Source: Macrostomum lignano
Taxonomy: Eukaryota
Direction: 5' to 3'
DNA length: 64,000 nucleotides
NCBI GenBank assembly: GCA_002269645.1
Contig: NIVC01002106.1
Span: forward strand, 1-64,000
Shown: positions 42,942 through 54,670 of the stretch, one piece after another
Layout of the letters: each line of letters opens with the position of its first letter
Numbering within the stretch: the stretch's first letter is position 1
Notes under the pieces: model-generated
What the model saw: the letters and a program-made list of their open reading frames with translations, nothing else
Database searches by the model: none
Told to the model about the DNA's origin: nothing
Translations under genes and position numbers: made by a program

Positions 42942-45153
42942 TGATGAAGGAATAGAATGGATTGCTAATCTAGCCTACATCAGTGAAGGAATAGAATGGA
43001 TTGCTAATCTAGCCTACATCAGTGAAGGAATAGAATGGATTGCTAATCTAGCCTACATCAGTGAAGGAATAGAATGGATTGCTAATCTAGCCTGCATCAG
43101 TAAAGGAATAGAATGGATTGCTAATCTAGCCTACATCAGTGAAGGAATAGAATGGATTGCTAATCTAGCCTACATCAGTGAAGGAATAGAATGGATTGCT
43201 AATCTAGCCTGCATCAATGATGAAGGAATAGAATGGATTGCTAATCTAGCCTGCATCAATGATGAAGGAATAGAATGGATTGCTAATCTAGCCTACATCA
43301 GTGAAGGAATAGAATGGATTGCTAATCTAGCCTACATCAGGGAAGGAATAGAATGGATTGCTAATCTAGCCTACATCAGTGAAGGAATAGAATGGATTGC
43401 TAATCTAGCCTACATCAGTGAAGGAATAGAATGGATTGCTAATCTAGCCTACATCAGTGAAGGAATAGAATGGATTGCTAATCTAGCCTGCATCAATGAT
43501 GAAGGAATAGAATGGATTGCTAATCTAGCCTGCATCAATGATGAAGGAATAGAATGGATTGCTAATCTAGCCTACATCAGTGAAGGAATAGAATGGATTG
43601 CTAATCTAGCCTGCATCAGTGAAGGAATAGAATGGATTGCTAATCTAGCCTACATCAGTGAAGGAATAGAATGGATTGCTAATCTAGCCTGCATCAATGA
43701 TGAAGGAATAGAATGGATTGCTAATCTAGCCTACATCAGTGAAGGAATAGAATGGATTGCTAATCTAGCCTACATCAGGGAAGGAATAGAATGGATTGCT
43801 AATCTAGCCTACATCAGGGAGGGAATAGAATGGATTGCTAATCTAGCCTGCATCAGGGAAGGAATAGAATGGATTGCTAATCTAGCCTACATCAGTGAAG
43901 GAATAGAATGGATTGCTAATCTAGCCTACATCAGTGAAGGAATAGAATGGATTGCTAATCTAGCCTACATCAGTGAAGGAATAGAATGGATTGCTAATCT
44001 AGCCTACATCAGTGAAGGAATAGAATGGATTGCTAATCTAGCCTACATCAGTGAAGGAATAGAATGGATTGCTAATCTAGCCTGCATCAATGATGAAGGA
44101 ATAGAATGGATTGCTAATCTAGCCTACATCAGGGAAGGAATAGAATGGATTGCTAATCTAGCCTACATCAGGGAAGGAATAGAATGGATTGCTAATCTAG
44201 CCTGCATCAGGGAAGGAATAGAATGGATTGCTAATCTAGCCTACATCAGGGAAGGAATAGAATGGATTGCTAATCTAGCCTACATCAGTGAAGGAATAGA
44301 ATGGATTGCTAATCTAGCCTACATCAGTGAAGGAATAGAATGGATTGCTAATCTAGTCTACATCAATAAAGGAATGGAATGGATTGCTAATCTAGCCTAC
44401 ATCAGTGAAGGAATAGAATAGATTGCTAATCTAGCCTACATCAGGAAAGGAATAGAATGGATTGCTAATCTAGCCTACATCAGTGAAGGAATAGAATGGA
44501 TTGCTAATCTAGCCTACATCAGTGAAGGAATAGAATGGATTGCTAATCTAGCCTGCATCAATGATGAAGGAATAGAATGGATTGCTAATCTAGCCTGCAT
44601 CAATGATGAAGGAATAGAATGGATTGCTAATCTAGCCTACATCAGTGAAGGAATAGAATGGATTGCTAATCTAGCCTACATCAGGGAAGGAATAGAATGG
44701 ATTGCTAATCTAGCCTACATCAGTGAAGGAATAGAATGGATTGCTAATCTAGCCTACATCAGTGAAGGAATAGAATGGATTGCTAATCTAGCCTACATCA
44801 GTGAAGGAATAGAATGGATTGCTAATCTAGCCTGCATCAATGATGAAGGAATAGAATGGATTGCTAATCTAGCCTGCATCAATGATGAAGGAATAGAATG
44901 GATTGCTAATCTAGCCTACATCAGTGAAGGAATAGAATGGATTGCTAATCTAGCCTACATCAGGGAAGGAATAGAATGGATTGCTAATCTAGCCTACATC
45001 AGTGAAGGAATAGAATGGATTGCTAATCTAGCCTACATCAGGGAAGGAATAGAATGGATTGCTAATCTAGCCTACATCAGTGATGGAATAGAATGGATTG
45101 CTAATCTAGCCTACATCAGGAAAGGAATAGAATGGATTGCTAGTCTAGCCTAC
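42942..45153 (+). repeat. Large 39/42-bp satellite array (about 2.2 kb)
   Basis: About 55 tandem units; source of the 501-aa [16 protein letters not shown]. Confidence 0.97.
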
Positions 45154-45599
45154 TTGCTTAAAAGCAATTTCAAGCATTGATTTTTTCTATAGCTTCAGAC
45201 TCTCTGAGAAACGTTGCCTGACAGCATGCTACGCTCGTGTTTTTCAGTCCTATTGTCTTTGCACTACCAAACAGCATTCTGAAAATGCTTTGATGCAGTT
45301 CAGTTTTCATGGTTTGATTTTCAACAATTTGTTAACTCACCACAGCAGATTTGAAAGGGCCCGGCTGCATAACTGCATGTACATTGAATCAATTGCAACT
45401 ATGCTAAGAGTGACTCGAGAATTGCATAAATAGTATATGCTTTCAGGTTTTGTGCACTAAATTCACAATATCTCAGCTTCTGGGCTTCTGAACACCATGT
45501 AATATAGTGAGATGTGATTCAAAAATATAGAAATATAATTGAGTTGATTTGAATTGAATTGAATACTTAAAGTAAATAAAGAATAAAATTAAATACAAG

Positions 45600-45960
45600 C
45601 GTTCAATAGAATAGAATAGAAATAGAACAGTAATAGAATAGGAATAGAATAGAAAAGAAAAGAAAAGAATAGAACAATAATAGAATAGAATAGAAAAGAA
45701 TAGAATAGAATAGAATAGAATAGAATATAATAAAATAGAATAGAATAGAGTAGAGTAGAGTAGAGTAGAATAGAATATAATAAAATAGAATAGAATAGAA
45801 TAAAGTAGAGTACAGTAGAATAGAATATAAAATAATGGAATAGAATAGAATATGAGTAGAATAGAATAGAATAGAATAGAACAGTAATAGAGTAGAATAG
45901 AATGGAACAGTAATAGAATATAATAGAATAGAACAGAATAGAATAGAGTAGAATAGAACA
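45600..45960. repeat. (AATAG)n microsatellite
   Basis: Direct. Confidence 0.93.
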
Positions 45961-46184
45961 GGATTTACTTACTTCTACTGCAGCTGTTCATGACAAGAAA
46001 CTCAAGCCCAGGTGGGAGCTTCCTCCCAGCCAATCGAATCGCCCGCGCCAATTTTGGCACCCCGGCCCCATCACGAAATCCGCAATAAATACGGCCAGCG
46101 GCCCAGCAGCCCTCAGCCGCCGCCGGTTCCCTGATTCAATCCGATTCTCGCCGCAAAGTCAGTCAAAGCCGCTCCCAGCCCGCC

Positions 46185-47426
46185 ATGCCGCTTCTGCCGC
46201 AGTCGTTCCAGCTGGCGTACAACATCACCCTCGCCGGCGTGTTCATCATCGGCGTCTGCGGCAACGCCATGGTGCTGGCGGCCGCCCTCACGCAGAAAAC
46301 TGCTCACAAGGTTGTCAATATCTACCTGGCCAACCTGGCTGTGGCCGACATTCTCCATCTGGTGTCCGTTCCCCCTCTGATCCACCTGTCCATAGTGAAC
46401 ACCTGGCAGTGGGGCCGCGTTGGCTGCAAGCTCAACTACATGATGCACTACATCAACTGGACGGCCAGCATCTTCATCATCGTGGCCATGAGCTTCGACC
46501 GGTTTGTGGCGGTGGCCACCCCGGCCAGCTGGGTGAGCCGCTGCCGCAGCCGCCGGTTCGTCCGCGGCCTCCTGGCCGGCCAGTGGCTGCTCAGCGCCCT
46601 GGCCATGTCGCCAATGCTGCTCAGCACCGAAGTCTCCGAGGCGCTGCCGCCCAACGCTACGGAGCCGATGAGGTCCTGCGGGTACAGCAGCGGACCGGCC
46701 GATGACCCGGACAGCGCCGACCTGCACCCGGCCTGGCTGGCCATCATCAGCTTCGTGCGCGACCCGGTGAAGTTCGGCGAGTACACCTTCGTGCTCGGCT
46801 GCGTCCTGCCGGCCGCGCTGCTGGCGGTCTTCTACAGCCTCATCCTGTGCCGCCTGCGCCCGGGCCGGGCCGGCCGAAGCCCCAGCCTGCTCACGGCTCA
46901 GCGCCGCTTCGAGCGAGTCACCCGGATGGCCGTCTGCGTGGTGGCCTTCTACGCCGTCTGCTCGCTGCCGCACTGGGTGCACCTGCACGTGGTGCTGTAC
47001 GTGAAGATCCGCACGATGAAGCAGTTCCGCGTTCTGGCCGCCACCTCCCACCTCACCACGCTGCTGGGCTACGCGAACAGCGCCGGTAACCCGCTGCTGT
47101 ACGCTTACTTCAACGAACCATTCCGGGCCGGGCTCCGTCGAGTGTTCCTCGGCGAGCGCCGGGAGCGGGAGCGGCGGCAGAGGAAGCAGCGGAAGCAGCT
47201 GCTGATGGTGACCAGCCGCCAGCGCGAACCTGCCGGCCAGGTGGACGCCGTCCCGATTGAAGCTGACGACGCCAGGGCGCTGTTGCGAGGCCCCCATCGC
47301 TGCCACTTGGTCGAAGACGTCGCTGCAGTGGCGGGCGTGCTGGAGACCGAGGTTGTCGTCGAGGCCGTGAAAATGTCGGAGTTGGCGACCACTCCGCCAC
47401 ACAGAACTACTCAGACTGACTGCTGA
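46185..47426 (+). CDS. Class A neuropeptide GPCR, somatostatin/allatostatin-C/opioid-like, single coding exon, 413 aa
   Basis: Seven hydrophobic segments with GN in TM1, NIYLANLAVAD, WQWG..GCK, MSFDRF, ECL2 Cys, YSLILCRLR, RVTRM, CSLP and NPLLY. Confidence 0.88.
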   Translation: MPLLPQSFQLAYNITLAGVFIIGVCGNAMVLAAALTQKTAHKVVNIYLANLAVADILHLVSVPPLIHLSIVNTWQWGRVGCKLNYMMHYINWTASIFIIVAMSFDRFVAVATPASWVSRCRSRRFVRGLLAGQWLLSALAMSPMLLSTEVSEALPPNATEPMRSCGYSSGPADDPDSADLHPAWLAIISFVRDPVKFGEYTFVLGCVLPAALLAVFYSLILCRLRPGRAGRSPSLLTAQRRFERVTRMAVCVVAFYAVCSLPHWVHLHVVLYVKIRTMKQFRVLAATSHLTTLLGYANSAGNPLLYAYFNEPFRAGLRRVFLGERRERERRQRKQRKQLLMVTSRQREPAGQVDAVPIEADDARALLRGPHRCHLVEDVAAVAGVLETEVVVEAVKMSELATTPPHRTTQTDC

Positions 47427-48289
47427 GGGTTCTTGGCCGATACATCCTGGTTACATCTTGTCGTGAATGAGCGCCATGATTTTTTATGAGAATTGTTACA
47501 CTCTAAAAACTCTGTAATACTGAGAAACAGTAATCAATAGCTGTCGTTGATCTTGCCCTGCATTGTGTAGCTTTGCGTAGATTTGCGTTGCTTTGTGTAG
47601 CTTTGCGTAGATGTGAAACTTGACAGAAAAAAATAAAACCCGCAGTTCGATCTCTAAAGACGGCTTGATTACCGGCTTACGTTTGTTGCAATTTATTATT
47701 TATCTATGCATAATTCAACATCTTTTTTTACTTTTGTTTGAAAAAATGGACTCAAAGCAATTTAAGTAAGGGTTTGGGTTACTCGTATTAAAGGGCTTTT
47801 TCTTAAAGTCAGGGGGCTGTCTGTGTCACCCGCACAGATACTAGATGGGCCACTCAGCACATTAGCGTCCTAGCTACTTTTAGTTCAGTAGTAACTTGAA
47901 CTGAAGCATTTTAATGTTTTTAAAGGCAAGGCTTATCTATTGGCTCACCCCCAGCAAACTTAGACCCTCCAACTACACACAGAACATTTACCCCCGCCCC
48001 GCCACCCAATTTTTATTACCTTCCTCGGTTGTTCCAGCCTAAATCTGCCTTGTACATTCAGTGGCTAATGTACATTATGGCTGAACCAATTAGCAAGCTG
48101 TTTACGTCTGCAAGCTGGGCTTGTAAACTTATCAAAGTCGTTTCAGCTCTGCCTTTATTTTTATAAAATTAGCTTATGTATTCTCCTTTGCTACTGAACT
48201 GAAAGTAGAAATCTGTTTTGCTAATTATATATGCCTGAGTGGCCCATTTGGTTATTCTAGTTGGCGCACTTTAAGCGACATTGTCACAC

Positions 48290-48480
48290 AACCGGCGAGA
48301 GGCTTTACTGCCCATTCCGCCGACTCCCCTGAGCAGGCACATAAGCGCGCGGATACGTACGCTGTACGCAGTCATACACAGGCACACACACGGGAGTGTA
48401 CAGCGGCTCTTTACATGTATGACTTTATTTATCATTAGGCATGTACACCTCACTGTGCCTTGGTGGTTGGCCCTCAAGGG
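48290..48480 (-). mobile_element. Degenerate copy of the SINE family B body
   Basis: Shares CCC.TTCCGC.GACTCC, CAGGCAC and GGCATGTACAC...TGTGCCTTGG.GGTTGG with 23510-23640; no clear tRNA head. Confidence 0.45.
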
Positions 48481-49024
48481 GCGCTAATTGCACGAGCAGA
48501 GCCAAGCCGAGATTCCAATTTAGCCCCAAATTAATGCGACTGCACTAGCAATCGAGCCTGGGCTTGGAATCAAACTGCGCCCGCTTGTTGCCATTGCAAG
48601 CCAGAGCTCTTAGATTCAAACTACTGAAATGCCAATGCTTAATTTGGCATCCAAGTCGGCCAAAAACAATGCATAAAATTATTCCCATAAAGCTTCGCGT
48701 GACCTGTCTCCAAGTAAAGAAGACTCCGGTCACGGATTGAGTCTTATAAGCAGGCCATACTAGACAATACTTTTATCACGAAGCCCATCAATGGCTGCTC
48801 TAGGCTCAGTTTCCATTCGGATGTCGCGTCTCCATCAAATAAGAAAACGCCCTGCGGGTGGGTCCGGATTGAGAGGATTAAATTACTCTTTTCTTGCTTC
48901 TAGCACATTAGAGAACAATATGAGCAAGAGATGGAGAACGCATATAAATGGACAATTCTTCAGTTTTTCTGTCATTTATTCAATTCAGTTGATGGTAATC
49001 ATGAATAGTCAGCTCCTCATTTCC

Positions 49025-50680
49025 TGTTGTTGGGCCAGCCTCCCGGATCCTCAGTTGCTGGGCCAGCCTCCCGGATCCTCAGTTGCTGGGCCAGCCTCCC
49101 AGATCCTCAGTTGCTGGGCCAGCCTCCCGGATCCTCAGTTGCTGGGCCAGCCTCCCGGATCCTCAGTTGCTGGGCCAGCCTCGAGATCCTCAGTTGCTGG
49201 ACAGCCAGCCTCCCAGATCCTCAGTTGCTGGGCAGCCAGCCTCCCAGATCCTCAGTTGCTGGGCAGCCAGCCTCCCGGATCCTCAGTTGCTGGGCCAGCC
49301 TCCCAGATCCTCAGTTGCTGGATCAGCCTCCCAGATCCTCAGTTGCTGGGCCAGCCTCCCAGATCCTCAGTTGCTGGGCCAGCCTCCCAGATCCTCAGTT
49401 GCTAGGACAGCCCCCTCAGATCCTCAGGTGCTGGGACAGCCCCCCCCCAGATCCTCAGTTGCTGGGCCAGCCTCCCAGATCCTCAGTTGCTGGGCCAGCC
49501 TCCCCAGATCCTCAGTTGCTGGGCCAGCCTCCCAGATCCTCAGTTGCTGGGACAGCCCCCCCCAGATCCTCAGTTGCTGGGACAGCCCCCCCCCCCCCAG
49601 ATCCTCAGTTGCTGGGCCAGCCTCCCAGATCCTCAGTTGCTGGGCCATCCTCCCAGATCCTCAGTTGCTGGGCCAGCCTCCCAGATCATTCAGTTGCTGG
49701 GACAGCGCCCCCCCCCCCAGATCCTCAGTTGCTGGGCCAGCCTCCCAGATCCTCAGTTGCTGGGCCAGCCTCCCAGATCCTCAGTTGCTGGGACAGCCCC
49801 CCCAGATCCTCAGTTGCTGGGACAGCCCCCCCAGATCCTCAGTTGCTGGGCCAGCCTCCCAGATCCTCAGTTGCTGGGCCAGCCTCCCAGATCCTCAGTT
49901 GCTGGGCCAGCCTCCCAGATCATTCAGTTGCTGGGACAGCGCCCCCCCCCCAGATCCTCAGTTGCTGGGCCAGCCCCCCCCCAGATCCTCAGTTGCTGGG
50001 CCAGCCTCCCAGATCCTCAGTTGCTGGGCCAGCCTCCCAGATCCTCAGTTGCTGGGCCAGCCTCCCAGATCATTCAGTTGCTGGACAGCGCCCCCCCCAG
50101 ATCCTCAGTTGCTGGCCAGCCTCCCAGATCCTCAGTTGCTGGGCCAGCCTCCCAGATCCTCAGTTGCTGGGACAGCCCCCCAGATACTCAGTTGCTGGGA
50201 CAGCCCCCCCAGATCCTCAGTTGCTGGGCCAGCCTCCCAGATCCTCAGTTGCTGGGCCAGCCTCCCAGATCCTCAGTTGCTGGGCCAGCCTCCCAGATCA
50301 TTCAGTTGCTGGGACAGCGCCCCCCCCCAGATCCTCAGTTGCTGGGCCAGCCCCCCCCAGATCCTCAGTTGCTGGGCCAGCCTCCCAGATCCTCAGTTGC
50401 TGGGCCAGCCTCCCAGATCCTCAGTTGCTGGGCCAGCCTCCCAGATCATTCAGTTGCTGGGACAGCGCCCCCCCCCCAGATCCTCAGTTGCTGGGCCAGC
50501 CTCCCAGATCCTCAGTTGCTGGGCCAGCCTCCCAGAGTGTCAGTTGCTGGGCCAGCCTCCCAGAGTGTCAGTTGCTGGGCCAGCCTCCCAGATCCTCAGT
50601 TGCTGGGCCAGCCTCCCAGATCCTCAGTTGCTGGATCAGCCTCCCGGATCCTCAGTTGCTGGGCCAGCCTCCCAGATCCC
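49025..50680. repeat. 28-bp minisatellite (AGATCCTCAGTTGCTGGGCCAGCCTCCC), intergenic
   Basis: Direct; reverse complement of the 36962-37495 unit. Confidence 0.96.
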
Positions 50681-51149
50681 AGTCTGTCTATAAAACACTA
50701 AGAGCTTCACCGCTTTGAAACAGCAATACTCCATCGACTTAACTCATAAGAAGTCTTCTCAATGAAATGAGTTAAACAAAAGCGTACATAACTGCTTATT
50801 TCATTGCAAACGGGTAGATGGGAATTATTCAATTAGCAGAGAAAACAGCTGCTATATGTGTAATTAAAAGTACAAGTAATGTAGAAAACAATTATATAAG
50901 TACAAAAGACGAAGTGGGGGCAGGTGATAATTAAGAATGAGCACATGCTTGAGTAGGGCTGAGCAGTGCAGCATACACAAAAAAGACTTGAAGAAAACCG
51001 GTTTAAACTGGTTTCAGGTACAGCACGTGGATTACAATAGTAGATGGGCACTGACTTTTGGGATAAAAAATGCCAACATTCATAACTGTTATTATTTAAA
51101 TTTACTCTTTTCGTAATATTCAATCTAAAGTTTATCCAACATTTAAATC

Positions 51150-51562
51150 CCTAAACTACCTTACCTTAACTTGAATACCTAAACTACCTTACCTAAACTC
51201 GAATCCCTAAACTACCTGAACTCGAATCCCAAAACTATCTGAACTCGAATCCCTAAACTCGAATCCCAAAACTACCTGAACTCGAATCCCAAAACTACCT
51301 AAACTCGAATCCCTAAACTCGAATCCCAAAACTACCTGAACTCGAATCCCAAAACTACCTAAACTCGAATCCCAAAACTACCTAAACTCGAATCCCAAAA
51401 CTACCTGAACTCGAATCCCAAAACTACCTGAACTCGAATCCCTAAACTACCTGAACTCGAATCCCTAAACTACCTGAACTCGAATCCCAAAACTACCTGA
51501 ACTCAAATCCCAAAACTACCTGAACTCGAATCCCAAAACTACCTGAACTCGAATCCCTAAAC
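51150..51562. repeat. 23-bp minisatellite (AAACTACCTGAACTCGAATCCCA)
   Basis: Direct. Confidence 0.93.
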
Positions 51563-51882
51563 CGCTAGCATTTTATTGGCAGAAACTAGAAGCAGATTAT
51601 GCAGCTCATAGTAAGGAAATAGCAGATCCCGAGCTACAGTTTTAGCATTAAGAATTGAAAATCCCAAAAAGGTCTAATTAGATTGGATAATACAAGTTAG
51701 AAGAAATGCCTTATGCCTAGGCGTAGAAAAATAAAATGCAATGCAATAGAGATGCAACAACAGTACAGGGACAAATGAGATAAATATGCAAGCCTATAAA
51801 AGCATAAAATTGAATAACTAAATGTATAATTATAAAAAATATTCGCGCAAACTTGAGTGATTTTGACAGCTTTAAAACCGCT

Positions 51883-54574
51883 TCACTTGTCCCTGGTGTG
51901 CCTGGTGACCGTGGACACCCCATCCACCAGCTTAGTCTTGAACAGCACGTTGGCATTGTTGAACATGCCGTCCTTGAGCGAGACTACAATAAACTGAGAC
52001 TGGCCGAAGTTCTCCTTAATCAGCTGGCCAATGTTCTGGGTGTGGCTCAGGTCAAGGGCGGCGTCGACTTCGTCAAGGATGTAAATTGGCGCCGGCTTGA
52101 ACAGCAACAGGGCCAGGATGAGCGACAGGGCCACCAGGGAGCGCTGGCCGCCGCTCAGCTCGCTTAGCGACTCCTTCCACTGCTGGCCGAACCCGATGCG
52201 AAACTCGATGCCCTCCAGCACCGACCGGCCCGCGGAGGGCACCAGCTTGGCGTTGGCGCCTGGCAGCATGGTGGAGAACAGCTTGCCGAAGTCTGCGTTC
52301 ACCTGCGGCAGTGCATGAATTGGCTGGCGTTCAACAGCTGGGGAGCTGGGATGGAGATGGGGATGACTGGGGAGCTGGGATGGGAATGAGGATAAAATGC
52401 GGGAGCTGGACAGGGATGGGGATAATGCGGGGCTAAGATGGATATGAGGATAAAATGAGGAGCTGGGGCGGGAATGGGGATAAAATGGGAAGCTGGGACG
52501 GGAATGAGGATAAAATGCGGGAGCTGGACAGGGATGGGGATAATGCGGGGCTAAGATGGATATGAGGATAAAATGAGGAGCTGGGGCGGGAATGGGGATA
52601 AATTGGGAAGCTGGGACGGGAATGAGGATAAAATGCGGGAGCTGGACAGGGATGGGGATAATGCGGGGCTAAGATGGATATGAGGATAAAATGAGGAGCT
52701 GGGGCGGGAATGGGGATAAAATGGGAAGCTGGGGCGGGGATGGGGATAAAATGGGAAGCTGGGGCGGGGATGGGGATAAAATGGGAAGCTGGAGCGGGGA
52801 TGAGGATAAAATGGGAAGCTGGGACGGGAATGAGGATAAAATGGGAAGCTGGGGCGGGGATGGGGATAAAATGGGAAGCTGGGGCGGCGATGGGGATAAA
52901 ATGGGAAGCTGGGGCGGGGATGGGGATAAAATGGGAAGCTGGGACGGGGATGGGTAAAAAATGGAAAGCTGGGGCGGGGATGAGGATAAAATGGAGAGCT
53001 GGAGCGGGGATGAGGATAAAATGGGAAGCTGGGACGGGAATGAGGATAAAATGGGAAGCTGGGACGGGGATGGGGATAAAATGGGAAGCTGGGACGGGAA
53101 TGAGGAGTGAATGAAATGAGGAATGAAATCCTCATAAATGGGGAGCTAGAATGAATATGAGGATACACTGAGGATATGGGGTGGAGATGGGGATAAAATG
53201 GGGAGTTCGGATGGGTATGTAATAAAATAGAAAGCGACTCAAACCTTTTTGTAAGCAGTCATCAGAGCTTCATTTTTTTTCTTGTCCAGCTCGTCAATAA
53301 TGCCCTGTATCTTGGCCTTGTCAGTCAGCACAATGTCCCGCTTGCCAACCAGATCAGCGTATTGCTGCTCGGCAGTGGTCAGCATGTTCATGGCTCGCAT
53401 GTTCACAGACTTGCCCAGTCGCTCCTTGCGTTCCTCCAGCTTGGTTAGCCGGGCTCGCTGCTCCTTGGGATTGTTGCCCTGCGATGGGTGCGGTTGGGGA
53501 AATAGCGGGGCTTTAGTAGCCGAATCTGCCATCTGACCCTGAAGTAGCCGAATCTGCCATCTGACCCTGAAGTAGCCGAATCTGCCATCTGACCCTGAAG
53601 TAGCAAAATCTGCCATCTGACCCTGAAGTAGCAAAATCTGCCATCTGACCCTGAAGTAGCAAAATCTGCCATCTGACCCTGAAGTAGCCGAATCTGCCAT
53701 CTGACCCTGAAGTAGCAAAATCTGCCATCTGACCCTGAAGTAGCAAAATCTGCCATCTGACCCTGAAGTAGCCGAATCTGCCATCTGACCCTGAAGTAGC
53801 AGAATCTGCCATCTGACCCTGAATTAGTTTAACTTGTCACCTGAGGCTACCATCTGAACCGGTAATCCGGCACTAAACTATCTGAATCTGCCAATTATGA
53901 AGAATCAGGGATTAAAGATTGGGAAGGTTCATTGTTAAGAAGATTGGGAAGAATCTTGGATTAAAGATTGGGAAGAATCTGGGATTAAAGATCGGGAAGA
54001 ATCTGGGATTAAAGATCCGGAAGAATCTGGGATTAAAGATTGGGAAGAATCTGGGATTAAAGATTGGGAAGAATCTGGGATATGGAGATATGCAGAGACT
54101 AGGATTTGAAGGCACGTGAATAAATGCACCTGTCGATCGGTCTCACCTGGAAGTCGAAATGACCGCCGGGCTGATTAAAGTGCCGCTTCTCCGACTCGAT
54201 CCACGGGTGAGAGGCGAGCAGCTCGTTGACTTTGTGCTGCGCATCCGCTGCCTCCTTGGCCTGGTCGGCCAGCTGGTGCTGCAGGTTGGCCAGCCGCAGC
54301 TCTCGCTGGCTGACCTCCGACTGCAGCGCCTTCGCCTGCTCCTCCAGATCCCGGATAGCCTGATTGCGCGCCTTGATCTCGGCCCGCTTCTCTTCCAGCT
54401 GCCGCTTTGCCTCATCCAGGGCCTGCTTGAGCGCCTCCGCCTCGGCCTGGGTATCCAGGGGTTGTTATAGAGTTAATTAGAGAGATTAGAGAGCTTCCGG
54501 AGTACTCAAAGCGCTTAAGCTTCGATAGATCAGACGAGTATGGCAGGACAATACACTGCACAAAATAGATAGAG

Positions 54575-54670
<96 letters not shown>

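Noticed and set aside
42916-44421. 501-aa [13 protein letters not shown] repeat ORF as a real protein
   Set aside because: It is a translation of the satellite. Other arrays of the family have 38- and 43-bp units that break the frame, there is no ATG start, and a TAG interrupts the array.
42942-45153. CRISPR array
   Set aside because: Units are contiguous with no unique spacers, there are no cas genes, and the context is eukaryotic.
46113-47402. 429-aa antisense ORF over the GPCR
   Set aside because: Shadow frame of GC-rich coding sequence with no recognisable motifs.
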